DNA of 64,000 nucleotides from Candidatus Latescibacterota bacterium (GCA_965198115.1 OZ240241.1:3328001-3392000); one strand, 5' to 3'; counted from the stretch's first letter, positions 10,716-21,741 are shown. Numbers and translations: made by a program. Notes: generated by a model from the letters alone, not told the origin.

Positions 10716-13700
10716 ATGAGATTCGAACGACGAACAACCAATCCTTCTTCCGATCCACTCGACGACGTCACCTACGTCCAGCGCAGCACCGTCATCACCG
10801 ATCAAGATGGGTCGGAGATTTTCCGGCTGGACAACTTCGACGTGCCCGAGGACTGGTCACAGCTCGCGACGGATATCGTCGCGTCCAAATACTTCCGCAA
10901 GCGCGGGGTACCGAAGACGGGGCACGAGACGTCCGTGCGTCAGGTCGTGCATCGTCTCGCGCACACGATTCGAACCGCCGGCGAAGAAGGAGGCTACTTC
11001 GACTCGACGGCCGACGCCGATGCGTTCGAAGCCGAGCTCGCACACTACCTCGTGCACCAGGCGGGCGCTTTCAACTCACCGGTCTGGTTCAACTGTGGAC
11101 TCTACCAGGAATACAACATCCGCAAGGGCAACGGCGGCCATTACTATTGGGACAACTTGCGCGAACGTGTGCTGCAGACGAAGGATGCCTACTCGCATCC
11201 ACAGTGCTCAGCCTGCTACATCCAGTCAGTCAACGACGACCTGATGGCCATCTTCGATCTGCTCAAGTCGGAGGCGCGACTGTTCAAATACGGATCGGGA
11301 ACAGGAACGAACTTCTCGAAGATCCGCGGCAATATGGAGAAGCTCTCCGGCGGCGGCACCTCCTCCGGCCTGATGAGCTTCCTCGAGGTCTTCGACAAGG
11401 GTGCCGGCGCGACCAAATCCGGCGGCATCACGCGTCGAGCCGCGAAGATGGTCACGCTCGACTTGGACCATCCCGAGATCGTCGACTTCATCAACTGGAA
11501 GGCCAACGAAGAAAAGAAAGTCGTCGCGCTGATCGAAGGCGGCTACAGCAGTGACTTCAACGGCGAAGCCTACCGCACCGTCTCCGGTCAGAACTCGAAC
11601 AACTCCGTGCGTATTCCCGACAGCTTTATGGAGGCCTACGAAAGCGACGGAGAGTGGCAGACGACGCTTCGAACGAACGGCGACGTCTGGAAGACCTACA
11701 AGGCGCGCGACTTGATGCGCGAGATCGCCGACGCCGCGTGGGCGTGCGCCGACCCGGGCACGCAATACGACACCACGATCAACTCGTGGCACACCTGCCC
11801 GAACACCGACCGCATCAACGGCTCGAACCCGTGCTCCGAGTATATGTTCCTCGATGACAGCGCCTGCAACCTGGCAAGCATCAATCTGTTGAAGTTCCTG
11901 AGCGACGACGGCAACTTCGACGTCGACGGTTTCCGTCACGCTTGCCGCGTCTTCTTCGTCGCGCAGGAAATCCTCATCGACTTCGCGTCCTACCCGACCA
12001 AACGAATCGCGCAGAACAGCCACGACTACCGCCCGCTCGGTCTCGGCTACGCCAACCTCGGCACCCTGCTGATGGTGATGGGTCTCCCCTACGACAGCCC
12101 TGAAAGCATCGCCATCTGCGGCGCCATCACCGCCATCATGTGCGGCGAAGCCTACAAGGCCTCCGCAGCAATGGCGAAGGACAAAGGACCTTTTCCGGGG
12201 TTCGAGAAAAACCGCGAGCCGATGCTCGACGTGATGGGCATGCACCGCGACGCCGCCTACGCCATCGACGATGCCCACGTCCCCGCCTACCTCGCCGAAG
12301 CCGCCCGCGTCACCTGGGATGACGCGGTCAAGCACGGCAAGCGTCACGGTTACCGGAACGCACAAGCCACCGTCCTCGCGCCGACCGGCACGATCGGTCT
12401 GCTGATGGACTGCGACACGACCGGTGTCGAACCCGACTTCGCGCTCGTCAAATTCAAAAAGCTCGCCGGCGGGGGCTACTTCAAGATCGTCAACGCCAGC
12501 GTCCCCAAGGCGCTCGCCCGACTCGGCTACAGCAAGAGGCAGCGTCACGACATCGTCGCCTACATCGTCGGCACCTTCAAGCTCGAAGGCACGCCCAACA
12601 TCAACGCCGACACGCTTCGTGAGAAAGGCTTCAGCGACGACGAGCTCGAGAAGATCGAAGACGCGCTGCCCGGCGCTTTCGACCTCAGCTTCGCCGTCAA
12701 CCCGTGGGTGCTTGGCGACGAGACGATGGAGCGCCTTGGGTTCAGCGCGGACAAATTCAAGTCTCCGGGCTTCAACCTGTTGCAAGAGCTCGGGTTCACA
12801 CCCGTCGAGATCGACACCGCGAACGACGTCATCTGCGGACGGCAGACGATTGAGGGCGCTCCCCATCTGAAGGACGAGCACCTCCCCGTCTTCGACTGCG
12901 CGAACACGTGCGGCAAACACGGAAAACGCTTCATTCGACCCCTCGCCCATCTGCATATGATGTCCGCCGCACAGAAATTCATCAGCGGCGCCATCAGCAA
13001 AACCGTCAACGTCCCGCACGAGACGTCGAGCGAGCAGATCGAGGATCTCTACGTCGAGGGGTGGAAGCTCGGGCTCAAGGCTGTCGCGATGTACCGGGAC
13101 GGGTCCAAACTCTCTCAACCACTGTCTTCGAAGAGCGAAAAGACAGCCACTGAGGACACGGAGAACACAGAGAATGAGGGTTCATCCCCTGCCCCCGGCT
13201 CCTCTGCCCCCCTGCAGAACGAAGTCGTCACCGAAACTGTCGCTGACCCCGCGGAAGTCGAAGCCTCCATCGCCAGGGCGGTCGATGAAGCCTTAGCCGA
13301 GGCGCAGCGGACGCAGGGGCCCGTTCGGAGACGGTTACCTTCGAAGAGAAAAGGCTTCACTCAGGAAGCAAGGGTCGCCGGTCATAAGGTGTTCCTGAGA
13401 ACCGGCGAGTATGAAGATGGCAGCCTCGGCGAGATCTTTATCGATATGCACAAAGAGGGCGCGCCGTTTCGGTCGATGCTGAACTGCTTTGCGATCGCGA
13501 TTTCGAAGGGGTTGCAGTTCGGTGTTCCGCTGGACGAGCTCGTGGAGACGTTCACGTTCACGCGCTTCGAACCGGCGGGGATGGTAGATCATTCGAACAT
13601 TCGGTTCGCCACTAGCGTGATCGATTACGTATTCAGAGTGCTCGGCTACGAGTACCTGGGTAGAACCGATTTCCTCCAAGTGAAGCCGGAGGACATCAGT

Positions 13701-14156
13701 TCCGACATTGCTACGGCAGAAGAAACGGCACGGGAGTCTGTTGCGGCAGACGGTGGTCAGTCAACAGACGAGGAGGCGAGTAGGCGAGCAGGCGTGGCAG
13801 TGGATTCCTCAATCGCTGAATCCGACAAGAAAGGCACCACCGTGTCCCCTTCAGAGCGCCTGTCCGCCGAAGCGACGGAAGCCGCGAAGGCGGATAACGA
13901 GGGGCGCACTGGAGCGCAAACCTCCGAGAAAACAACCGCGCCCACAATCACAGGACCCATCGTACCCGCGAAAGCGAATGGCGGAACCAATGGTCACGGC
14001 CAGGAAGCCGCACACCACCACGTGGACGTCCTCGACCACCAGATGTCCCAGCTTCAAGGCGACGCGCCGTTCTGCGATGTGTGCGGGCACATTTCGATCC
14101 GCAATGGGGCGTGTTATAAGTGTCTGAACTGTGGGAATTCGATGGGGTGTTCGTGA
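10716..14156 (+). CDS. nrdJ: Vitamin B12-dependent (class II) ribonucleotide reductase
   Basis: FNSPVWFN, PQCSACYI, catalytic NPCSEY, LGLGYANLG, APTGTIG, SGAISKTVN, YRDGSK, TSCPD-like domain and C-terminal Cys ribbon. Confidence 0.96.
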   Translation: MRFERRTTNPSSDPLDDVTYVQRSTVITDQDGSEIFRLDNFDVPEDWSQLATDIVASKYFRKRGVPKTGHETSVRQVVHRLAHTIRTAGEEGGYFDSTADADAFEAELAHYLVHQAGAFNSPVWFNCGLYQEYNIRKGNGGHYYWDNLRERVLQTKDAYSHPQCSACYIQSVNDDLMAIFDLLKSEARLFKYGSGTGTNFSKIRGNMEKLSGGGTSSGLMSFLEVFDKGAGATKSGGITRRAAKMVTLDLDHPEIVDFINWKANEEKKVVALIEGGYSSDFNGEAYRTVSGQNSNNSVRIPDSFMEAYESDGEWQTTLRTNGDVWKTYKARDLMREIADAAWACADPGTQYDTTINSWHTCPNTDRINGSNPCSEYMFLDDSACNLASINLLKFLSDDGNFDVDGFRHACRVFFVAQEILIDFASYPTKRIAQNSHDYRPLGLGYANLGTLLMVMGLPYDSPESIAICGAITAIMCGEAYKASAAMAKDKGPFPGFEKNREPMLDVMGMHRDAAYAIDDAHVPAYLAEAARVTWDDAVKHGKRHGYRNAQATVLAPTGTIGLLMDCDTTGVEPDFALVKFKKLAGGGYFKIVNASVPKALARLGYSKRQRHDIVAYIVGTFKLEGTPNINADTLREKGFSDDELEKIEDALPGAFDLSFAVNPWVLGDETMERLGFSADKFKSPGFNLLQELGFTPVEIDTANDVICGRQTIEGAPHLKDEHLPVFDCANTCGKHGKRFIRPLAHLHMMSAAQKFISGAISKTVNVPHETSSEQIEDLYVEGWKLGLKAVAMYRDGSKLSQPLSSKSEKTATEDTENTENEGSSPAPGSSAPLQNEVVTETVADPAEVEASIARAVDEALAEAQRTQGPVRRRLPSKRKGFTQEARVAGHKVFLRTGEYEDGSLGEIFIDMHKEGAPFRSMLNCFAIAISKGLQFGVPLDELVETFTFTRFEPAGMVDHSNIRFATSVIDYVFRVLGYEYLGRTDFLQVKPEDISSDIATAEETARESVAADGGQSTDEEASRRAGVAVDSSIAESDKKGTTVSPSERLSAEATEAAKADNEGRTGAQTSEKTTAPTITGPIVPAKANGGTNGHGQEAAHHHVDVLDHQMSQLQGDAPFCDVCGHISIRNGACYKCLNCGNSMGCS

Positions 14157-14271
14157 TCGTCACTGGCGAAAAGGCGGTCATCAGAAAGTAGCAGGCCTTA
14201 CCTTGTGGAATCACCTCGGGCGAAAGCAGGGGCTTTCCACAGCCTTGTTTGAAGCAACAGCTGACGAAATT

Positions 14272-14654
14272 TCATCCGTTCCCTCCAATCCACCAAGCAA
14301 CCCCATCCAACCCCGGCGAGTACCCTCCCTCCGTCGAAACCTGAATCGTAGGCAGATCGAGTTCCGGCGTCTCGTACACCTCCGGCGCCGCCATCATCCC
14401 CGTCTCTCTGAACTCCCGAACCCGCCTGTCCCCGTGATAGAACTCCCACTTCGGCTCATCCAACCCCCGCTCCAGATGTCGTCTCGCCGCCACCTCATCA
14501 TCGATCGCGCACACGACGATGAACACGTCTCCGATCTCAGCGATCGCGGGCACGTGCGCTGACCACCCCCTGTGCTGAAACGCCGCCTCGATCACAACCG
14601 AGACGTTGTTGGCGAGATACTGGCGCACGACCTCGAAGAAGAAGAAGAAGAACA
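14272..14654 (-). pseudogene. 5'-truncated duplicate (3' two-thirds) of the P-loop kinase gene at 21742-22302
   Basis: Near-identical DNA to 21780-22113 (YLANNVSVVIEAAFQHRGWSAHVPAIAEIGDVF); lacks the Walker A N-terminus. Confidence 0.8.
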
Positions 14655-14853
14655 CCACGTATCTGGGCATCTGCTCGTAACTGTCGTCAAGATCAGATAT
14701 TGCGCAAATCGACGCACCACCGAGGTCCATCCAATGACTTGCTTTTGGACCACTGCCCATCCATCATAGGTGCACGTTTGGGAATCGTACAGACAGATAC
14801 GATGTCGATATTCTCCTATCCACACTCCCACTTAGGCTGCTGCGTGAATACGG

Positions 14854-15357
14854 ATGCCTGAAGCAGACTCCAATACCACGAATCAATGGAAGAGCGACGT
14901 CTTGCTCTCTCCGGTCGATGCCTTTGGTGCCTCGCACGATCATCTGGTCTTCGTCTACGGTAGCCTTCTCGTTGGGGGCAGCCTGCAACGGACCATTGGG
15001 CCAAACCCGTCCGGTCTCGAATGCATCCCGAGTAGACTACGCGGGTATCGGTTAGAATGGGCCGCGGCATCAAGGAAGCCGAGTTTCCTTGCTCCCGAAG
15101 GTCAAGCGCTGCCAGAAGATGCGCTCTGGGCATCCCTCACCATCGTCCCGGGGACAACCGACGACGATGTTGCAGGAGCCATAATCGGGGTCAGCCACGA
15201 AGGATTGGCCGCCCTCCGAAACCGCGAAGTGAATTACCACCTGATGGATGTCACTGCTCAGTTAGAGGGTTGTTCAAGCACCGCAAGTACTGGAAAGCGA
15301 GTTTCGACGTTTCTCCCCATCAATCCAGGCAATGAGATCCCTTTGAAAGGCATATAG
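14854..15357 (+). CDS. Gamma-glutamylcyclotransferase (GGCT/ChaC/AIG2-like) family protein, possibly 3'-truncated
   Basis: LVFVYGSLL, LRGYRLEW and LRNREVNY motifs; ends 10 bp before an IS1380. Confidence 0.75.
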   Translation: MPEADSNTTNQWKSDVLLSPVDAFGASHDHLVFVYGSLLVGGSLQRTIGPNPSGLECIPSRLRGYRLEWAAASRKPSFLAPEGQALPEDALWASLTIVPGTTDDDVAGAIIGVSHEGLAALRNREVNYHLMDVTAQLEGCSSTASTGKRVSTFLPINPGNEIPLKGI

Positions 15358-15965
15358 GGAAGAGTAGCCTGAATTATGCAAAAAAAAGGTAGTCCCCTTG
15401 TACAAGTGTTTGTTTTTCCCTACATTAGGGCTGACACATCAAAACAACACTTGGAAGGAACTACCGTGATAGAACCTAGTCAGATCCGGTTACCATTCGC
15501 AAGCATTTCGGGCAAGGTAGTTGAGGCTGATTTTGCCGGTGGCGCCGTCAGGAGTGACGGTGGAGTTCTGTTGCTTCGCGCCCTTGAGTCTCAGATGGGA
15601 TTGATCGCCAGAATGGTAGATGCTTTGCGAGATCGTCGTCACCCAAGCTATATCGATCACACGCTTTTGGATCTTGTGAAGCAGCGTGTTTTTCAGATCG
15701 CTTGCGGCTATGAAGATGCCGTCGATTGTGATGATTTGCGCCACGATCCGGGCGTCAAGGCTGCCTGCGATCGGCTTCCTCTTTCCGGTCCTGATCTCGG
15801 GAGCCAATCAACGATGACACGACTTGAGAATGATGTGCGACGCTCGGATTTGTATCGGCTCGCACGGGCTTTTGTAGACGGGTTCATCGCATCGTATGAC
15901 CAGGCACCCCCAAGCATCATTCTCGATATCGACGACACGGATGACCCAACGCACGGTGCGCAACA

Positions 15966-17339
15966 GAGCTATAATCAAAAGGTGTGGAAAAAGAGAAAGG
16001 GCGACCCTACCCTTCCCGTGAGATAGTTGATTCACACAAAACCGGGTGAGAGGCCCGGTTGGGAAGGAGGATCGCCGTGAAGGAACATACGCATAGAGCC
16101 CCATTGAAGTCCATGCCGACGTGGGAGACGGTTGACGATTGGATCCGTGAAGAGATCCAGGGCCGGTTCCAGTCCATTCTGGAGGAGGAGGCGACCGCGT
16201 TCTTGGGCCGGTCGTGGTATGAGCGCCGAGCCGAGGTCGATAGCTCCAGGGGCTACAGGAACGGCTACGGCAAGCCCCGGCGTCTCTCGACGAGCTGCGG
16301 AACGATCAAGGTCCGGCGTCCCCGGGTTCGTGGTCTGGAAGAGCGGTTTGAAAGCCGCATCCTCCCCCTGTTCGCCCGGAGAACCAGGGCCATTGGAGAT
16401 CTGCTTCCCGACCTTTATCTCCACGGTCTCTCCCAGGGCGACTTCGAGTTGTCTTTGCGTGCGCTGCTCGGTGATGGCGCGCCGCTTTCGCCGACCTCGA
16501 TCGCTCGTCTTCGAGGGAAGTGGGAGGTCGACTTCCAGGACTGGAAAGAAAGGCGTCTGGATAATCGCGAACTGGTCTACGCCTGGGCTGATGGCATCTA
16601 CGTCAAAGCCGGGCTCGAGCGCGAGAAGGCGTGTCTGCTGGTCGTGATCGGCGCGATGAGCGACGGCAGCAAGGAGATCCTGGCGATAGAACCCGGTTAT
16701 CGAGAGTCTACAGAATCCTGGCTCACGGTGCTCCGGGATCTCCGGGATCGCGGGCTCGAACATCCTGTCCTGATCGCCGCGGACGGGAATATGGGCATCT
16801 GGGCGGCCGTTGATCAGGTCTGGCCAGAGAGCCGGCAACAACGGTGCTGGAACCACAAGATCCTCAACGTGCTCGACAAGGTCGCCAAGCGTGCACAGGC
16901 TGAAGCCCGCGCACTGCTCGTCCAGATCCCCTATGCCGGCACGAAAAAGGAGGCCGAGAAGCTCCGGAAACGCTTTGCCGCACGGTATCGCTCACAGTTC
17001 CCTGCCGCCGTGGAGACGCTCGAAAGAGACTGGGATCGGATGGTCACGTTCTACGACTTCCCGAAGGAACACTGGAAACACCTGAGAACCACGAACGTCG
17101 TCGAGAGCCCCTTTGCTTCCGTTCGGCTTCGCACAAACGCCGCCAGGCGATTCAAGAAAGTCAGGAACGCCACGGCTCTCATCTGGCGTACGCTCAAGGT
17201 CGCAGAGAGCCGATTCAGGAAACTCACCGCGCCACACTTGCTACAACAAGTCTACGATCAGAAACACTCAACCGGACCGCAGGTCGAAACCGGGAAGATG
17301 GCCGCCTGATTTCTTTTACACACCTATTGACCTGAGCTC
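15966..17339 (+). mobile_element. IS256-family element (copy 1)
   Basis: Ends GAGCTATAATCAAAAGGTGTG / CACACCTATTGACCTGAGCTC; 9-bp TSD TGCGCAACA. Confidence 0.95.
16077..17309 (+). CDS. IS256-family transposase
   Basis: YRNGY, YAWADGIY, IAADG, QRCWNHK, LRTTNVVES. Confidence 0.95.
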   Translation: MKEHTHRAPLKSMPTWETVDDWIREEIQGRFQSILEEEATAFLGRSWYERRAEVDSSRGYRNGYGKPRRLSTSCGTIKVRRPRVRGLEERFESRILPLFARRTRAIGDLLPDLYLHGLSQGDFELSLRALLGDGAPLSPTSIARLRGKWEVDFQDWKERRLDNRELVYAWADGIYVKAGLEREKACLLVVIGAMSDGSKEILAIEPGYRESTESWLTVLRDLRDRGLEHPVLIAADGNMGIWAAVDQVWPESRQQRCWNHKILNVLDKVAKRAQAEARALLVQIPYAGTKKEAEKLRKRFAARYRSQFPAAVETLERDWDRMVTFYDFPKEHWKHLRTTNVVESPFASVRLRTNAARRFKKVRNATALIWRTLKVAESRFRKLTAPHLLQQVYDQKHSTGPQVETGKMAA

Positions 17340-18382
17340 TGCGCAACAATTTTCACTCTTCAACGCGTATTACAATGAACACTGCTATATGCCGCTACAT
17401 ATCTATGAAGGCCAAAGCGGCAAGCTCATTACGACGATCTTGAGACCCGGGCATCCGACGAACGGTAAACAGGTCGTTTCTATTCTCAAGCGCTTGGTGG
17501 AACACCTACGCGGATCTTGGCCAAACGTGGAGATCATCGTTCGCGCAGACTCAAAGTTCAGCTCACCAGAGATGCACGATTTCTGCGAAGACAACGGTAT
17601 CTACTACGTTCTGGGCCAGGGCGCCAACTCCAAGCTCAAAGCGGCTGGACAAAACCTGATGGACCAAGCGCTACGTCTGAGCGAGCATAAGGAGACGATT
17701 CGCTTGTTCTCATCCTTCTCATATCAGGCTGGCACCTACCGGCAGCCTCGCCGGATCATTCACAAGGCTGAAGTCACAAACGGCGAAGCAAATCCAAGAT
17801 ACCGCGTGACCAATTTACAGAGTAATCGAGACGGCTTTATCTATGATCGTATCTACTGCGCAAGGGGACGCACGGAAGGCTTCATCAAGGACCACAAAAC
17901 ATTCCTTCACTCCGATCGAACATCGTGCCACAAGTTTGAAGCCAACCAGTTCCGACTCTTTCTACACAGTGCTGCATACGCCTTGCTTCACGCACTCCGA
18001 TCACAGGGACTCAAGGGCACCGCGTGGACCAAACCTCAGGTCAACACGATACAGAACCGTTTCCTCAAAATCGGCGCGAGAGTCATTGAAAGCGCACGAA
18101 GAATCCGATTCCATTTTCCAACATCGTATCCACTCAAAAACGTCTTGGTGTCAATCATCACCAGGCTCGAAACGAACACGCAGTAACAACGCCGATCTAT
18201 ACCGGGGACAGCTATGTACACGTCGCAAAACAACACCTGTTCCGGACGAAAATCGTGACTCTTGCGACTCGTAGAGACCGCTTACGGGACCTTGGACATC
18301 CGAAGAAGCCGAGAACAAATCCTGTGCGTGATCACATCACTCCAAAACAACCTAAACTCAAATTCATGCATGATTCAGGCTA

Positions 18383-19245
18383 GTGGACGCCTGAAGATCG
18401 TCGAGTATGAACCGGAGAAGTGGGCAACTTACCCCGAGATGGAGTACATCCGTGATAGTCTGATAGATAGAGGTTTCGAAACCGAGATCCTGGATCTGTC
18501 CAGAGGCGATCTCAACTACGCTATCGACGCTCTGAGGATAAAAGGGGACCCCAACAGAATCGATCTGATCTACAAACGAATCCTCTGGGGTGATCTGGCG
18601 AGATCGAAACCAGAAACCAAAGACGCGCTGGCCCACGCCTACTTGAACGACAATGTCTCAGTCGTCAACTCACTCGGTTCACGTGTTGCCGGAAACAAGA
18701 TGCTCTTGACACTCTTGGAGACGCCCTCCTTTCAGAACTGGGCTGAGCAGAATGACCCGCTAGTTGTAGATGACTTGGCGTCCTTCCGTGGTTGCTTACC
18801 CGCGTCGATAATTTGGGGCGACGCTCCGGTGATCGACTGGGGGAACCCTGAGCTGAGTAGGGCCGCAGTCCTTGACGAGCCACACAGATTCGTACTGAAA
18901 TCATTCCACGGATTCGGAGGAGGCGAAGTGCTCATCGGTCCAGATCTGAAGGACGCCAGCGCGGTCTTCGAAGATCGTTGGAACAAGGACTACATCGCTC
19001 AGGAGTATGTCCCCCACGGCAGGTCCCCTATGGCCGTCGAACGCGGATCGGAGATCTCCTGGGAACAACATCACTTTATTCTGGGGGCTTACGTAATCGG
19101 TGGGCAGTGCGTTGGGATCGAGGCAAAGACATCTCCCTCTCTCCCGATCAACATGTCCCAAGGCGGTTTCAGAACCGCCGTATTTCCCGTTCGGGTAGTA
19201 CCTGTTCGGATCGTAGCTTGCGCAACACTGCGGGGAGTCTTACAA
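18383..19245 (+). pseudogene. C-terminal part of a circularly permuted ATP-grasp / glutathionylspermidine-synthase-like peptide ligase; 5' end lost at IS1380
   Basis: IDLIYKR, VVNSLGSRVAGNKMLL, FVLKSFHGFGGGEVLIG, YIAQEYVP, INMSQGG. Confidence 0.7.
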
Positions 19246-20273
19246 ATGGATGAAGAACGAAATCGGCTGTCTGTAAAGGCCACGGAAACTGTTCACAGGA
19301 AGTATGCCAAGGGCGACTACATAATCAGTGTAGCGCCAGAGACCAAAAGGAAATTGCGGCTAGGTCGGTTCGCCGTCGTAGCCAGGAAGATCGAGTTCCT
19401 CGGTCGGGATGAAGTCAAACCAGAACTCGCACGCAGGGACATTCCTCTCAAGACAGAGTTCCGTGTGCACGCGAGGGTTGTGACGTTCAGCGAACGTGCT
19501 ATACGACGAGGTAAGAGCAAGAAGGACAGAAAGAACATGAAAGTTTGCCCAGATGAGGTCCGCATCGACCAGAGCATCCGCAATGCGGTGGGCATCCCCT
19601 TTGTGTACGCAGGCACCACAGTCACAGTCTGGCGGGTCAAGATGCCTCTCTGGCAACACGTCGCCTATTTCTTCCGCTACCGGGTCGCCCGACTGCTCGG
19701 CTTCAGATATTTCTTCATCGCGTCTGCTCTGCGCACATTCACGATATGGAGAAAGGGATCTGCCGTGTGCCTATCGATACCTTTCCGATCCTCGGAACCG
19801 ATGCGCAGAACAAGCTCCAGTTCGAGAGCCCGGTCGAAGTGACAGACAGTAATGGTGAGCCAGTTAAACCAAGACATTTTCAGATCGAGAAAAGGAGCAT
19901 AGCGAGCCACGAACTCACTCCGGACATCCTTGATCGAAGAAAGAAGAACGAGTGCGAAAATGAAGGAAGGTGGCTAAGACCAAGCAGCTGGCTGCCTGAA
20001 GCAGATCCAGATATAGACAGGGTATTCATAGATGCCGCCGACCGCGAAAGACTGGGTCTAAGCCAGATGTACCCGGTTAAGGCTCGCAGGGACATCGCCG
20101 ATCTGTTCCTCAGCCAGGTCCTTGGTGTCGGGATCTTCTTCTTCGTATCAGCTCTTTCGATCGGCGGTCTCTTGCCATCGACGATCGAATCCCGGCTGCT
20201 GATCTCACTTGTCGTGAGCGGATTGTTGGGCGCCAGCCTGATGATCCTTCTCATACGCTCGAGGATAAAATAG
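19246..20273 (+). CDS. Hypothetical protein with two putative CDC48/VAT-N-like double-psi beta-barrels and two C-terminal TM helices; frameshift ~19712
   Basis: SD GGGGAG before ATG 19246; repeated half-barrel motifs VRIDQSIRNAVGI, HDMEKGICRVPIDTFPILG, VFIDAADRERLGL; two hydrophobic C-terminal segments. Confidence 0.5.
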
Positions 20274-20317
20274 GAGCCGTTGGTCTGTATCCATTTGGAC
20301 AACACGCCTATTTTCAT

Positions 20318-21737
20318 GGCTATATCCGGATCTCTCAACGAGATGAAGTGGGTGAAGGTGCCGTGGTTCCTGGCATGGGGGCGCGGTTAGCGTGTGCGGA
20401 ACCTCTTCGGAATCTGCTCAGGGATGTTTATGTCTCCGACGGTAAGGAAGATCATATCGTTGAATGCGTCGAGTGTGCGGAATCCGCTGGCTCGGTTCTT
20501 GACGATTTGGACGATTCGGTTGAGGCCTTCGGCGATGGCGTTGGTAAGACGCGTGTTCACGAATGCGAGGACGCCGAAGAAGTGCTGTCGCAGGGTCCTG
20601 ACGAACTTTCGCAGGGGTTCACGTCGACTTCTGAGTGCGGACGTCGTCCAGCATTTCAGGAAGCGTTCGGCAGCCCAGGGCGCTTTGTATTCCCAGAACT
20701 GCTCGAACTCGTCCTTGAGTCTCCAGGCTCTATAGATTCGGTAGTTCGCCTTCTCCAGTGCTTTGAGTGTCCGAGTATCCCCTCTGGAGCGTGTCGCTGA
20801 GTGCCGGTAGAGGAGCCATCGGAGGCCCTTCATGGCTTTGCGCTCATCCGGGGCAGCTTCACGCCACTGGTCCTTACGGACCTCGTCAACGGCGGCATTG
20901 AGAGCCTTGACGATGTGAAAGCGATCGAGGACCAGCTTGGCATTCGGACAGTGTTCCTGGATGGCTCCGATGTAAGCTTCGCTCATGTCGCAGCAGGCCC
21001 ACTCGATCTTGGATCTCCGGTAGGGACTGAGAGCCTCTGTGAAGAACCGATCGATCGTTTTACGCGCCCTGCCGCGGCCAACCCACACCACGCAGGAGCG
21101 GTCCAGATCGTAAACGAGCGTGGCGTACCTGTGACGCTTGGCGTAGGAGATCTCGTCGATCCCGATGGTTTTGAGCCCTCGGATACGATGACCTTCACGA
21201 AGCCGCGTGATGGATCGGTGAAGGAGATCCGACAGCGTCGAGGCAGAGATGCGCAGCAACTCGGACGCCGCCTTCTGCGTCATGGTCTGGCAGTAGCGCA
21301 GCATGGCATACTCGAAGCGATACGTCACCCGAGAGAACCGCTCCGCCCACGGAATCTCCTCGACCACACGACCGTGGGTAGGACACCGAATCTCCCGAGG
21401 ATGGTAGAGAAGCCAGACCCTCCACCCGCACACCGGAATGTCACGCCACCGACGCGGATGGGGCATTGTGCGGACGATTTTACCTCGACGGCCGCACTCC
21501 GGACAACAACAACCATTCTTATGTGGCTTTACGGCGATGACGAAACAGCTTCTCCCCTCAAACCACCAGCTGACAACACGGAACCCCTTGAATCTCAGCA
21601 GTTTCGATAGTAATCTGCTCCCGGTCATAGGTCGCACCCCCTTCGCTTTGATTGTCCTACACACACAACCAAGCGTAGGGAACGATCTATGACCTTGTCA
21701 TTCTATAGTTTCACCGTTGAGAAACCCGGATAGAGCC
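20318..21737 (-). mobile_element. ISL3-family element (copy 1)
   Basis: IRs GGCTATATCCGGATCTCTCAACG / CGTTGAGAAACCCGGATAGAGCC; AT-rich TSD TTTTCAT. Confidence 0.95.
20387..21664 (-). CDS. ISL3-family transposase
   Basis: CPECG Zn finger, IGIDE, CCDMS, LDRFHIVK, TNAIAEGLN. Confidence 0.95.
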   Translation of the reverse strand: MCRTIKAKGVRPMTGSRLLSKLLRFKGFRVVSWWFEGRSCFVIAVKPHKNGCCCPECGRRGKIVRTMPHPRRWRDIPVCGWRVWLLYHPREIRCPTHGRVVEEIPWAERFSRVTYRFEYAMLRYCQTMTQKAASELLRISASTLSDLLHRSITRLREGHRIRGLKTIGIDEISYAKRHRYATLVYDLDRSCVVWVGRGRARKTIDRFFTEALSPYRRSKIEWACCDMSEAYIGAIQEHCPNAKLVLDRFHIVKALNAAVDEVRKDQWREAAPDERKAMKGLRWLLYRHSATRSRGDTRTLKALEKANYRIYRAWRLKDEFEQFWEYKAPWAAERFLKCWTTSALRSRREPLRKFVRTLRQHFFGVLAFVNTRLTNAIAEGLNRIVQIVKNRASGFRTLDAFNDMIFLTVGDINIPEQIPKRFRTR

Positions 21738-21741
21738 TTTT

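Larger units (their letters stand above)
15466..18186 (+). pseudogene. IS1380 transposase split by IS256
   Basis: SDGGVLLL, GYEDAVDCDDLRHDP, LDIDDTDDPTHGAQQ | FSLFNAYY, VRADS, YCARGRTEGFIK. Confidence 0.9.
15368..18379 (+). mobile_element. IS1380-family element, interrupted by IS256
   Basis: Ends CCTGAATTATGCA / TGCATGATTCAGG; flanks GTAG and CTAG do not match, suggesting an adjacent deletion. Confidence 0.9.

Noticed and set aside
11226-13118. Long antisense ORFs (also 24747-26273, 49001-50683, 58190-59284)
   Set aside because: Shadow frames of real genes in high-GC DNA; no motifs.
10716-14156. Intein or intron in nrdJ
   Set aside because: Extra length is accounted for by the usual insert domain and low-complexity linkers; no splicing or homing-endonuclease motifs seen.
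18262-18382. N-terminus MRLVETAYG... shared by ORFs 18262-19842 and 32084-33127
   Set aside because: It is the IS1380 right end read through into neighbouring genes, not a shared protein domain.
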